NCBI GenBank assembly: GCA_964632485.1
Contig: CAZWDO010000001.1
Location: 293,631-357,630 of the forward strand
Length of the DNA stretch: 64,000 nt
Direction: 5' to 3'
From: an uncultured bacterium
Lineage (GTDB): Bacteria > JAGOEH01
In this document: piece after piece, positions 29,166 to 38,965 of the stretch
How the letters are laid out: every line of letters starts with the position of its first letter
Numbering within the stretch: position 1 is the stretch's first letter
Notes under the pieces: generated by a model
Told to the model about the DNA's origin: nothing
The model's database searches: none
Seen by the model: only the letters and a program-made list of their open reading frames with translations
Translations under genes and position numbers: made by a program

Positions 29166-30254
29166 TTGAGCAACAATCCACCGACGGATGAAATCATCCA
29201 GGAAAACCTGGAACTACGCAAACAAATCAAAGAAAAAGATCATATTATCGATAAACTCAATCAGCTCATTCAAGTCAATTCTGTAATCTCTTCATCTCTG
29301 GAACAGAACAAAGTATTGAAGAACCTGATTGATCAGACGATTTCGTTGCTGAACTGCGAAAAATGCAATATACTAATGGTCGATTTTGAAAACAATCAAC
29401 TGCGCTACGAAATTGTCAGCGACGATGAAGAAATGGAAAAATTGAAACGGTTGAACCTTGAATTGGGAGAAGATGTCGCGGGAACGGTTTGGAAAATAGG
29501 GAAACCGCTCCTGATTGACGATCCGCGCAAGGATTCACGTTTTCTGATGCTAAGCGATAATATCACTGGAAATATGACTCAATCGATCATGTCCATCCCC
29601 CTGGTCGTAAACGGCCGCATATTAGGCGTTATGGAAGCTATCAATAAAAAAGACAACGAATCTTTCGACTATTTCGATCTGGACCTCTTTCAACATTTAT
29701 CGATACAGGCGGGGATTGCCATTGAAAATGCCAAACTCTACGAAGCGGGAATTACGGATGGCATGACCAAACTTTATATCCATAAATATTTCCAGGAACG
29801 ACTGCTGGAACTGACCCGATCCTCCGAGCGCTACCGATTCCATGTCGCGTTGGTTATGTTCGATATCGATCATTTCAAAAAGTTTAATGATACTTATGGC
29901 CATCAGATAGGGGACGAAGTGCTGAAAATGACGGCGAAAACCCTTCGTTTATCCGTACGATTGAGCGATATCCCTTGTCGCTATGGCGGGGAAGAGTTCG
30001 CCATTATTTTGCCCCACACGAATCTCAAAGGCGCAAAAACTATGGCCGAACGGATTCGTAAGACCATTGAAAAAACTAAAATCGAGTATGATCGAAAGTT
30101 AATTAACGTGACAATTTCAGGGGGAGTCGCCAGTTATCGCGAGAATAACTGCAACAGTACGGCCGAACTGATCAAAAAGGCCGACCAGGCGCTTTATAAA
30201 GCTAAAGAATCCGGCCGCAACCAAATTCTGACATTTTCCAATAAAGAAAAATAG
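29166..30254 (+). CDS. GAF domain-containing diguanylate cyclase (GGDEF)
   Basis: N-terminal coiled coil plus a GAF-like region; C-terminal GGDEF domain with an intact RYGGEEF active site and an inhibitory-site-like RxxD. Confidence 0.88.
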   Translation: MSNNPPTDEIIQENLELRKQIKEKDHIIDKLNQLIQVNSVISSSLEQNKVLKNLIDQTISLLNCEKCNILMVDFENNQLRYEIVSDDEEMEKLKRLNLELGEDVAGTVWKIGKPLLIDDPRKDSRFLMLSDNITGNMTQSIMSIPLVVNGRILGVMEAINKKDNESFDYFDLDLFQHLSIQAGIAIENAKLYEAGITDGMTKLYIHKYFQERLLELTRSSERYRFHVALVMFDIDHFKKFNDTYGHQIGDEVLKMTAKTLRLSVRLSDIPCRYGGEEFAIILPHTNLKGAKTMAERIRKTIEKTKIEYDRKLINVTISGGVASYRENNCNSTAELIKKADQALYKAKESGRNQILTFSNKEK

Positions 30255-30431
30255 TGACGACAATTTACGTTCAATTTTCGACAAAATTGGCGAATCTCGT
30301 GAACCCATACATGAAGTTTAAAGCTTAACTCTTTGGCGAATAAGCAGTTTTAAAATGAGTATATTTTTGGGCACAGAGGTTGCATATCTATATAAAGCAG
30401 AACCAAGCAACCTCTACCAAAGGAGATCAAA

Positions 30432-31601
30432 ATGAAAACCGTCAACACGACTCGCATGTTGTTCGTCTGGACCTGGATACTCGGCCTGGCGCTCATGCTG
30501 AATGCCGATCCCATGGGAAACGGCAATGGACAAGGTAATGGAGGTCCGGGCAATGGACAAGGCCACGGAGGCCCGGGTCAGGGACGCTGGAACGATCGCC
30601 AACATCCCCCTTTCAACGCTCACTGGATCGATTCCGCGCAATGGGTAGAAACCAGCGGAACCGTTATTATCGACACGCTGTTCCGTCGCGACCACTATTT
30701 CCTGGATACGAACCAGGACCAGACCGCCGATCTACTGCTGAATTTCGGTCCATGGTGGTACCTGCCTGAAGGAATGACCCGCCCCAATGCCGGTGAAACC
30801 ATCAATGTAAAGGGATATCAACACGCGATCCCGGCTCAGCCCCCGCGTCCTCCACGACCCAATCAGTCCTGCGACAGCCTGCGTCCCGAAAATCCATTGC
30901 CGGTGGATTCGGCTTTAGCGGTTGTGGAACTCAACGGTCAAATCTGGCGCGACAGCAGCCAATGGACTACCCCGCCGGATAGTGGCTTCCCCTTTCGTTT
31001 TAATCGCGACAGCCTGATAACAGTCAATGGCATCGTACTGGTTGACAGCATCACTAATACCGTCTTCCCCATCTACCAGTTAGATATTGATAACGATAAT
31101 CTGCCTGATTACATCCTGGGTCTGGGCCCCCGCCACCGTCTTAGCCAGGCCGAATTGCCGGAAGTCGGATCCACGATCGAAATCGAGGGATTCACTCGCG
31201 AAGCGCGCCCCAATGCGCCCATTGACTTACCGGTATTAGTCGTTTATAAACTGAATGGCCAGATATGGATGCCGCTCAATGGCCGGAACAACCCTGACAT
31301 TCGTGGAAATGGCATGAATTCAGAAGCCAAACTGAAAAGTTCCTGTTTCCCCAATCCCTTTAACCCCACCACTACCATTAGCTACACACTGAGTGAAAAC
31401 ACCCAGATTCATATAGAAATTTTCAATCTCTACGGACAGTGGGTCCGTACTTTGCAAAACGGTTATCAAAATGCCGGGGCGTATCAGGTGACCTGGCAGG
31501 GCGACAACGATACCGGTCAAACCGTCGCCGCAGGAACCTACTTCTATGTAATCCGCACGGATAACTCTCTGGATTCCCGCAAGATTCTGTTCTTAAAATA
31601 A
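30432..31601 (+). CDS. Secreted Gly/Asn/Gln-rich protein with a T9SS C-terminal sorting domain
   Basis: Signal peptide; low-complexity GNGNGQGNGGPGNGQGHGGPGQG; C-terminus ...IEIFNLYGQWV...GTYFYVIRTDN...KILFLK is a T9SS CTD. Confidence 0.7.
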   Translation: MKTVNTTRMLFVWTWILGLALMLNADPMGNGNGQGNGGPGNGQGHGGPGQGRWNDRQHPPFNAHWIDSAQWVETSGTVIIDTLFRRDHYFLDTNQDQTADLLLNFGPWWYLPEGMTRPNAGETINVKGYQHAIPAQPPRPPRPNQSCDSLRPENPLPVDSALAVVELNGQIWRDSSQWTTPPDSGFPFRFNRDSLITVNGIVLVDSITNTVFPIYQLDIDNDNLPDYILGLGPRHRLSQAELPEVGSTIEIEGFTREARPNAPIDLPVLVVYKLNGQIWMPLNGRNNPDIRGNGMNSEAKLKSSCFPNPFNPTTTISYTLSENTQIHIEIFNLYGQWVRTLQNGYQNAGAYQVTWQGDNDTGQTVAAGTYFYVIRTDNSLDSRKILFLK

Positions 31602-31639
31602 ATAGATATCACTTATGGCCGGCCCTTCGGTATCAACGG

Positions 31640-31690
31640 AGGGCCCAGGCCTGTTTTTAAGCAGTTTTGTTTAAAAACAAGCCTGGCGCT
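31640..31690. other. Strong intergenic hairpin (15/16-bp inverted repeat)
   Basis: CCAGGCCTGTTTTTAA-gcagttttg-TTAAAAACAAGCCTGG lies between the T9SS gene stop and the next gene. No clear U-run follows, so a terminator function is unproven. Confidence 0.5.
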
Positions 31691-31709
31691 CAACTCAAAG
31701 GATTTATTC

Positions 31710-32279
31710 ATGGTACGCGTTTTCTTTGTTCTTTGTATTATATTTTTTTTCTTTGCGCAGGCATCTGCCAAATGGCTGGACCAAAATGGCGATGGCATCA
31801 ACGATTTGTTCCGAGATGCCGACGGCGATGGCATCAATGATGTCACTCTTACGGAATACCCGAGCAACTTCCCTTTTGAAGATAAAAATAAAGATGGAAT
31901 AAATGACCTGTTCATCGACGAAGACGGTGATGGCGTTAATGATTGGGGTCATAATCGCTATCCAGTGCTTGACCATCAAAATCGCCACATCAACGACATC
32001 ACCGAGGAGCCCTGGTTTAAAGGATGTTTCTACGGATATCGCTACGGATTCATCCTGGAGGAAAAACGAATGCGGATACCTGAGTTTGTCGATCAGAACC
32101 GGGATGGGATGCACGACCGCATTGAGCAGTTTATGTTTCGCGACCGCGACGGAGACGGAATCAATGATTTCTTTTTCGACCGTAACGGCGATGGAATCAA
32201 CGATCGTCTCAAAAACCGCCGTCGTCCCCGCCCCATAGGCCAGGGTCCGAATCGTCCTCTTCACCCGGGCCGGCCATAG
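31710..32279 (+). CDS. Secreted calcium-binding repeat protein (7 EF-hand/dockerin-like DxDGDGINDxF loops)
   Basis: Signal peptide MVRVFFVLCIIFFFFAQASA. Repeats: DQNGDGINDLF, DADGDGINDV, DKNKDGINDLF, DEDGDGVNDW, DQNRDGMHDRI, DRDGDGINDFF, DRNGDGINDRL. Confidence 0.7.
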   Translation: MVRVFFVLCIIFFFFAQASAKWLDQNGDGINDLFRDADGDGINDVTLTEYPSNFPFEDKNKDGINDLFIDEDGDGVNDWGHNRYPVLDHQNRHINDITEEPWFKGCFYGYRYGFILEEKRMRIPEFVDQNRDGMHDRIEQFMFRDRDGDGINDFFFDRNGDGINDRLKNRRRPRPIGQGPNRPLHPGRP

Positions 32280-32459
32280 CATATAGTACTCCGCAGGGTT
32301 CTCTGTCCGAGCGCGTTACGACACCCAATTTTTTCCCGTTGAGATCGAAACGGAACACTTAACTAAAGCGCGATCGAAAATTTAAACAGTTTCCTGACGT
32401 TCCAAATATACCGTCCGGAACGTCCCTGACAAGTTAAACCTATTACCCGCACCCAACGC

Positions 32460-33596
32460 ATGAAATATCTGCTGATTATTTGTCTGCTTAGTTTCATAAC
32501 ATTTTCAACCTATGCGCAATTTTTTTTCGAGGGGGCAATGGCTACCCAATACAGCTCCAATCTTTTTCATAGCGCTACTACCAATTCCGACTGGTATCAC
32601 CGGGCTCAAATCCAACTTGAGTATCAAACCCCCCGCTGGTTTATCCAATATACGCCGGATATCACCTGGTTGAATCGTTACTATCACTATAACAACAGCA
32701 TCCATCCACTCGATTTTGGCATTACACTCACTGAAACTGAAAAGTTTCATTCCCTGCTCAGCGCTCAGGTAGAGCTTTTTCGCTACTTTTATATGGATAC
32801 TCTCTCAACCGATTATAATCAATTATCTATGGATTGGACCACTAATTATACAATAAATGACCAGCACAAACTCAAAACGAATTGCCGGTTTGAACAAAAT
32901 ATCTATCCCAATTTCAAAACCCTGGATTATCGACAGGCGCTCCTCAGCGGGACCTGGACGTCCAACATTGACCGTTGGCAACTGAATGCCGCGCTCAACT
33001 TCGGATACCGCCATTATACTTCACCGGCAACGGTTCCTCTTCTCTCAAACGGCCAGGGCCAGGGCCAGGGGGGAGGATTTGACCACAATCGTTATTTACA
33101 ATCAAAGGCTAAAGACCCCCAATATATTCAATTACAATTTAATACTGCAAGAGCGCTGCATCCACGCCTCGGTATCGCCTTTAATTCGCTTTTCAATTTC
33201 CTGCTGAATCCCTGGATTCAATGGCCGGATAATGAAATAACTCTTTTTGATCGGCAGTTTTGGTACGATTCATTCAGCTCCAATCAAACAGTATGGGGTA
33301 CCGCTTTGAGCTGGCAGGCGGGACTTCAACATCGCGTTCAGCTCTCACTATACCGGCATCACTTGAAATTTGAGGGATTTCAATATGCGATAATCAGCGA
33401 TCGGCCGCTCAAATCTCTCCAAACCCGTCAAGATCACCAATGGGAAATATCTTTAAACTGGTTAGCACGGTTTATCGCATTTACTCGGGAATGGAATACA
33501 TTTTGTTCCATCCGTTATTTGGACAACCAATCAAACATTACCTGGTATCGCTTTCAATCCTGGGACGTATCATTCACCCTCCGCTATATACCGTAA
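32460..33596 (+). CDS. Putative outer-membrane beta-barrel protein, hypothetical
   Basis: Signal peptide; alternating amphipathic beta-strand pattern rich in Y/W/N/Q; GQGQGQGGG loop. The stop sits 4 nt before the histidine kinase start. Confidence 0.55.
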   Translation: MKYLLIICLLSFITFSTYAQFFFEGAMATQYSSNLFHSATTNSDWYHRAQIQLEYQTPRWFIQYTPDITWLNRYYHYNNSIHPLDFGITLTETEKFHSLLSAQVELFRYFYMDTLSTDYNQLSMDWTTNYTINDQHKLKTNCRFEQNIYPNFKTLDYRQALLSGTWTSNIDRWQLNAALNFGYRHYTSPATVPLLSNGQGQGQGGGFDHNRYLQSKAKDPQYIQLQFNTARALHPRLGIAFNSLFNFLLNPWIQWPDNEITLFDRQFWYDSFSSNQTVWGTALSWQAGLQHRVQLSLYRHHLKFEGFQYAIISDRPLKSLQTRQDHQWEISLNWLARFIAFTREWNTFCSIRYLDNQSNITWYRFQSWDVSFTLRYIP

Positions 33597-33599
33597 TTT

Positions 33600-35546
33600 A
33601 TGAAAAGCTATATCATGTCGTTGATGCTGATCGGCGCAATATTGGCCGGTTTATTTTTCTATCTACGCACTGAACTGAACCGCCGCACCATTGAGCTTTA
33701 TGAAGAAATCTATATTAAAAAAACGACGACCTTTGCAATTTCATTCAAACGAATTATCTCCCAGCAAGATTTATATGAAAATTATTTTTTTAAACAACTT
33801 GAGGCGTTGCAAGTAAGTAGCCACACTCAATTTCAAGGGAGAAACTCCGAGAATCATTCCGGAGTTATTGTGATCAGAATTGATTCGAACGGTTTAATCA
33901 TCGATTCCGGAACGTCATCCACAGCGCCGGATATTTTGAAATTTATCCAAACCAATATCGAGCAATGGAACGATACCCAAGAAACCAACAGTATCGTTTA
34001 TTTCGGCATGGAAGCAATTGATAGTATTCTTGTTTATATGTTAGTCAAATCCACACCCACAGGGTTCATTCTCAGTGGCATTCAGCTTCCCCTTGAGCAG
34101 CAGTTCGAAGATATTTTCAACATGGCTCATTTTTTTAACGAATACTACCGGCTCAACCAATTCGCCTATCTTTGCTGGCAAGACGATTTGGGCATTATTG
34201 CCGCATCGCCTCCCTATCTGATGCTGAACCGCATTGAACAGGATACTTTTCTTCAGCAAACCGCGGGTCATAAAATCCGACGCCACGTTTTTCAGGGCCA
34301 GTCCATTTTGGAAGTGATCATCCCCTTTGCGCCATTGGATACTCCATCAGGAATCCTGCGGTTGGGTTTTTATCCTACTGAAATGGACACGGAAATAACT
34401 CAGGCAACCCTGCAACTGGCATTGATGCTGGCCGCTATCTGGCTAGTTTTAAGTATGGTCAGCGGTTATATCTGGCATCGTCAGAAAATCAATTGGCTCA
34501 ACCAGCAATATTATAGTTTATCAAACTATACCGGCTTGATTCTGGAAATGATCGATGATGGAATTATCGTAATAGACGGGAGCGATGACTTACGATATTC
34601 AAACCCGGCGCTGGGACAGATTCTGGGATTTATTCCTGACAACGGAAGTTTAGATAAAAAAATATTGCAGGAGCTACTTCCATGGGCAGCTATTACTCAA
34701 CAAACACAAGGAGAACTTCAAGTCACTAATTATCAAGGCGATCCGCTATATTTACTCTTCAGCGGACGTTCAATTCAGGATTCCCGGGGAGCGACCCAGC
34801 GATTAATTCTTTTACGGAATTTGACATCCTACAAAAAACTGGAAGAAAAAAGCCGGCAAATCGAACGACTTTCCCTGCTGGGTAAAATTTCTTCGATGAT
34901 GGCCCATGAAATCCGCAATCCACTTAACACCATCAGCATGATCATCCAACGCCTTCAAACGGAATTCCAGGTCCGCGAGAATACAGAGGAATTTCTTTAT
35001 ATGGCTCAGCTTATCAGTCGGGAAGTTCTAAGGCTGAACCAACTTGTCAAACGATTTCTTGAATATGGACGGCTTCCATTACCCCAGAAAGATTGGTTTC
35101 CAGTTCGACAGCTATTCAACGAATTGGAAGTGATGATTGGCTATTGGAGTGCCGAAAAACCTTATCGTTTCACACTGGAGATTGAGTCGACGGAACTCAG
35201 GGCCGACCGGGAGCAACTTTTTCAAGCGCTCTTGAATTTATGCCAAAACGCCTGGCAAGCGTTACCGGAAGAAGCCGGCGTTATCACTATTGAAGGCCGA
35301 CTTCAAAAAAAACGCTATCTGATAACCATCACAGACAATGGGGAAGGGATTCCAGACCATTTGCAGAGCAAGGTCTTCGATTTATATTTTACGACAAAAA
35401 AAGATGGTTCGGGATTTGGCCTTCCTATCACCCAACGAATTATTGAAGACCATGGAGGCCACATCGAAATGGAAAGCAAACCCGCGCAAGGGACCCGGAT
35501 TATGATCGATTTACCTCTGGCTTCGGAAGACAAGGAGCGGCGATGA
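33600..35546 (+). CDS. Sensor histidine kinase (periplasmic sensor - TM - PAS - HisKA - HATPase_c)
   Basis: Two TM segments flank an approximately 250-aa periplasmic domain. H-box SMMAHEIRNPLN; N, G1 and G2 boxes (DNGEGIP, GSGFGLPI). Confidence 0.88.
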   Translation: MKSYIMSLMLIGAILAGLFFYLRTELNRRTIELYEEIYIKKTTTFAISFKRIISQQDLYENYFFKQLEALQVSSHTQFQGRNSENHSGVIVIRIDSNGLIIDSGTSSTAPDILKFIQTNIEQWNDTQETNSIVYFGMEAIDSILVYMLVKSTPTGFILSGIQLPLEQQFEDIFNMAHFFNEYYRLNQFAYLCWQDDLGIIAASPPYLMLNRIEQDTFLQQTAGHKIRRHVFQGQSILEVIIPFAPLDTPSGILRLGFYPTEMDTEITQATLQLALMLAAIWLVLSMVSGYIWHRQKINWLNQQYYSLSNYTGLILEMIDDGIIVIDGSDDLRYSNPALGQILGFIPDNGSLDKKILQELLPWAAITQQTQGELQVTNYQGDPLYLLFSGRSIQDSRGATQRLILLRNLTSYKKLEEKSRQIERLSLLGKISSMMAHEIRNPLNTISMIIQRLQTEFQVRENTEEFLYMAQLISREVLRLNQLVKRFLEYGRLPLPQKDWFPVRQLFNELEVMIGYWSAEKPYRFTLEIESTELRADREQLFQALLNLCQNAWQALPEEAGVITIEGRLQKKRYLITITDNGEGIPDHLQSKVFDLYFTTKKDGSGFGLPITQRIIEDHGGHIEMESKPAQGTRIMIDLPLASEDKERR

Positions 35547-36901
35547 GTCAAACCCTTTTATTGATTGAGGATGAAAAATTCCAGGCTGATATTCTCATCG
35601 GGTTTTTGGAAAAAAATGACTGGAAGGTGCAATGGGCGCCATCACAAAAAACTGCGCTGGCGATGATTGAAAAAGAACCGTTTGAGCTGATTGTCTCGGA
35701 TTATCGGTTGCAGGACGGCAGTGGAGAGGAGGTACTGGAACATTTGCAAACGCTTCAAAATGCCCCGCCCTTCATCCTGGTTACCGCTTTCGGAAATATT
35801 GAACTTGCCGTCCGCATGATGCAAAAAGGGGCTTACACCTTCATCGAGAAACCGATCAATCTAAACAATCTATTAGAAAATATCAAACGGGCCGGAGAGA
35901 AAAAGCGATTGCAAGAAGAGAACCGGATACTGAAAGCTGATCTCAAAAAGATGGGTTCAAGCCCAATCATACACCAGAGTCGGTTGATGGTTGACCTGCT
36001 CAAATTAGCGGGACGAGCGGCTGAAACGGATGCCACGATTATAATTTACGGCGAAAGCGGCACAGGAAAAGAGTTGCTGGCGCGCTACATTCACGAGCAA
36101 TCAAAACGAAACGCGAAAAATATGGTGAATGTCAATTGCGCAGCGCTATCACCGACGCTGCTGGAAAGCGAGCTCTTTGGTCACGTAAAAGGCGCGTTCA
36201 CCGGCGCCGACACCCATCGAATGGGCCGGTTCGAACAAGCGCATCAAGGCACTCTTTTCCTCGATGAAATTGGTGAAATCAGTCCTGAAATCCAGGTCAA
36301 GCTACTGCGCGTACTCCAGGAGAAAATCATTGAACGAGTAGGCAGTAACCAACCGGTCAACGTCGATATCCGACTAATTACCGCTACAAACCGCAATTTG
36401 GAAGAAATGATCCGTCAAGGCGCCTTTCGTTCCGATCTCTTCTTTCGCTTGAACGTCTTTAATATCGAAATACCACCCCTCCGCAACCATACCGATGATA
36501 TCATTCCGTTGACCCAGCATTTTATTCAACGGTTTGCCCGACAATACCGACGTCCCCTTGAAGGAATATCCGACAGCGCCTTGCAAAAATTAATGAACTA
36601 TTCCTTCCCAGGCAATATCCGAGAACTGCAGAATATTATAGAGAGATCGATCATCACTGCCGATGGAATACAAATCAAAGAAGATGATATATTGATAAAA
36701 AACGCCCGGCCCGTTCCCGCGGACACTACCGAAGGCCTGATGTTGGAAGAAAAAGTTGCTCAACTTGAAAAAAATGAAATACTATTAGCCCTTCGTGGAC
36801 ACCCGGGGAATCAAACCCGAGCGGCAAACGCACTCGGAATTACCGAACGCGTACTCCGTTACAAACTGCAAAAGTACCACATCGACAGCGCCCGCGCTTA
36901 A
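35543..36901 (+). CDS. Sigma-54-dependent response regulator (NtrC family: REC - AAA+ sigma-54 activator - Fis-type HTH)
   Basis: Receiver Asp in LIVSDYRLQDG. Walker A GESGTGKE; GAFRSDLFFRLNV (the ESELFGH/GAFTGA region is present as GHVKGAFTGA); C-terminal HTH. The start overlaps the histidine kinase stop (ATGA). Confidence 0.9.
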   Translation: MSQTLLLIEDEKFQADILIGFLEKNDWKVQWAPSQKTALAMIEKEPFELIVSDYRLQDGSGEEVLEHLQTLQNAPPFILVTAFGNIELAVRMMQKGAYTFIEKPINLNNLLENIKRAGEKKRLQEENRILKADLKKMGSSPIIHQSRLMVDLLKLAGRAAETDATIIIYGESGTGKELLARYIHEQSKRNAKNMVNVNCAALSPTLLESELFGHVKGAFTGADTHRMGRFEQAHQGTLFLDEIGEISPEIQVKLLRVLQEKIIERVGSNQPVNVDIRLITATNRNLEEMIRQGAFRSDLFFRLNVFNIEIPPLRNHTDDIIPLTQHFIQRFARQYRRPLEGISDSALQKLMNYSFPGNIRELQNIIERSIITADGIQIKEDDILIKNARPVPADTTEGLMLEEKVAQLEKNEILLALRGHPGNQTRAANALGITERVLRYKLQKYHIDSARA

Positions 36902-37031
36902 CCACTTATCACTGGTTCCAAACTATCGCAAAGATTAAAAATCCTATAATTTTCCAACATTTCATGGATTTGAGAGCCTGAAGTATTAGACGCAAATGAG
37001 ATGGCGGAATAGAGGATGAAGGAGTGTTTAG

Positions 37032-37538
37032 TTAATTGGGGAGCTGGGGATACCAGTCATCCTCGCGAATTCGATCGACCTTAGCCACCAGGACCTCCCC
37101 GGTGCCGCTATGGAAAGCCACTTTACGACCGCGATTCAATCCAGTATCTTCACTTATAATAACCACTCGTTTTAATTCAAGGATACGGCGGCCAATCTGA
37201 ATATTCTTGGCGCCAATTTCCGGAGTATAGTTCGCGGAACGAAAATTTTCCGCGCCGCCAAACAGATGCGCTTCTAAATCGGAAACATGCGACCCGGCAT
37301 CGATAAACATGTTTACCATGTGGACAACCCCGGGGAAAGCATAATGAGCCGTTGCGCAATAGGCATTCTGCGCAATGGGATGGATATAATAAATCATTCC
37401 CCCAAAACGCCTGATCTTATCAAAGATGGCGATAATGCCCCCCGATCCAAGAGCGGTATATAGAATCGCCGGTTCAAACAATACATAAATATAACCCGGT
37501 TGGACAAAAATTCTTTTTTCCGAGAACTCAGTTTTCAT
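37032..37538 (-). CDS. cheD: CheD-family (chemoreceptor glutamine deamidase-like) protein with the catalytic Cys replaced by Gly
   Basis: CheD blocks are present: LGSGGIIAIFD (canonical LGSCVAV), HLFGGAENF, DTGLNRGRKV. The GSC cysteine is G here. Confidence 0.75.
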   Translation of the reverse strand: MKTEFSEKRIFVQPGYIYVLFEPAILYTALGSGGIIAIFDKIRRFGGMIYYIHPIAQNAYCATAHYAFPGVVHMVNMFIDAGSHVSDLEAHLFGGAENFRSANYTPEIGAKNIQIGRRILELKRVVIISEDTGLNRGRKVAFHSGTGEVLVAKVDRIREDDWYPQLPN

Positions 37539-37632
37539 TCATTCTATAACCGTTCTGTTGATGAATAATCATCCAAACGCTATTACAAATTCCATACCAT
37601 ATTTTTAACCGATCGCGCTTGAATAAAATCAA

Positions 37633-38241
37633 TTATTTTTTACGATAGAGTTGAGCATCAACAACAACCTGCTCAAATTGGACAAGTAGCTCTTCCGGCA
37701 TTTTTTGTGTTTGTTCCATTACCAGTAAACCATGGGGCATTAATGATCGGTAAAACATTTCAATTACAGATATCCGCTCCGAGGGCTGGAAATGCAATAA
37801 TACATTTTTACACACAATCAGAGAAATATCATCTTGAATGGGTTTAAGTTCAAGCAAATCAAGCTTGCTGAAACGTACACGGTTTCGAATCGAATCCACA
37901 AGCCGCCAATAATTATTTTCATGGGATTCAAAATATTTCTGGAAATAGTCCGCAGGAATGCGTTCCAGCTCAGAAAATGGATAGACCGCCTTTTCTACAA
38001 TCGGACCGAATTGATCATTGGGATCCAAATCGGTCGCCAGTACCTGAACGTTTTTAAAAGCAAAAGTCCCCATAAATTCAGCCAACAGAATCGTTAAAGT
38101 ATAGGGTTCCTGTCCCATAGCGCACCCGGCATCCCAAATACGGACAATGCTGCGTCCGGCGACCAGGGGGAGTAGATGCTTAACGGCCAGTTCCAAGGTA
38201 TGCGAATCACGGAAAAAGAACGTAAAAGCCATACCAATCAC
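37633..38241 (-). CDS. cheR: CheR-type protein-glutamate O-methyltransferase, catalytic SAM domain only (no N-terminal helical domain)
   Basis: Starts directly at the TFFFRD motif; SAM-binding VRIWDAGCAMGQEPYTL; 202 aa against about 280 for canonical CheR. Only 22 nt separate it from the upstream gene, so there is no room for a missing N-terminal domain. Confidence 0.8.
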   Translation of the reverse strand: MIGMAFTFFFRDSHTLELAVKHLLPLVAGRSIVRIWDAGCAMGQEPYTLTILLAEFMGTFAFKNVQVLATDLDPNDQFGPIVEKAVYPFSELERIPADYFQKYFESHENNYWRLVDSIRNRVRFSKLDLLELKPIQDDISLIVCKNVLLHFQPSERISVIEMFYRSLMPHGLLVMEQTQKMPEELLVQFEQVVVDAQLYRKK

Positions 38242-38263
38242 AACCTTTCTATGATCAAATTTA

Positions 38264-38866
38264 TCAATGTTTTATCGCAGTTGACATTTTTACGTTTTCC
38301 AGTGAACGCCGTAACATTTGAGTGACATTTTGATCGATTGCCGGGCCATGTCCCGGAAAAATAACTCGAATCGAAATACTTAAAAGCATTTCAAGATATT
38401 CGCCGAAATGGGGTGTATAGCTCCCTTCGGAGGTTTTGATATCAAGAGGAGTGTCACCGGAAAACAGCCACCCTTCCTGGGGCAAATAAATAGATACAGA
38501 ATCACTGGAATGCTCACTAACTGTAAATATCAATCCCTCGCTATCGCCGATCGGAATTATTTGCTGGCGCTGAAGAGTGTCAGCCGGTACGGATAGATTG
38601 CCCAGAGCCCATACCCGAGGATGAAACTGCTCGACAATCGCTTTTAATCCGCCCGTATGATCAAAATGATTATGGGTGAGAATTACCTGCTCCACGCGCT
38701 TTTTTCCGACTCCGGTCGAAAGCTCCATAATATGCTCTATAATCTTATCATCAATACCGGTATCAATAAGCGTATTGACATCACTCAGTTTATTCCAATC
38801 TCCCAATACCATATAAGCATTAGAACTATAAAGATGAGGATTGCTTCGGAGTTTAATAACTTTCAT
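38264..38866 (-). CDS. MBL-fold metallo-hydrolase
   Basis: The THNHFDHTGG (HxHxDH) motif and downstream His/Asp ligands; 200 aa. Confidence 0.8.
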   Translation of the reverse strand: MKVIKLRSNPHLYSSNAYMVLGDWNKLSDVNTLIDTGIDDKIIEHIMELSTGVGKKRVEQVILTHNHFDHTGGLKAIVEQFHPRVWALGNLSVPADTLQRQQIIPIGDSEGLIFTVSEHSSDSVSIYLPQEGWLFSGDTPLDIKTSEGSYTPHFGEYLEMLLSISIRVIFPGHGPAIDQNVTQMLRRSLENVKMSTAIKH

Positions 38867-38965
38867 GGGTATTCAATTTGGAATTGCGCTGGTTTATCAT
38901 GTTCAGACCTCAAATCTTCCAAGTCAGGCAATTTAGACATCAATTATTGGTTAAAAAGAAATAAA

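Noticed and set aside
31704-32282. 192-aa minus-strand ORF exactly antisense to the Ca-binding repeat gene
   Set aside because: It is a shadow ORF created by the repetitive GAT/GAC-rich coding strand. The plus-strand product has a signal peptide and seven coherent calcium-loop repeats, while the minus-strand product has no recognisable features.
31602-32459. Search for sigma-54 (-24 GG / -12 GC) promoters upstream of the Ca-repeat gene and the beta-barrel gene, given rpoN and an NtrC-type activator in the window
   Set aside because: Candidate sites inspected by eye (e.g. TGGCGCtcaacTCAA at about 31692; GGAACGtccctgAC at about 32425) do not have the TTGC -12 element at the correct spacing. 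A matrix scan is needed before claiming any.
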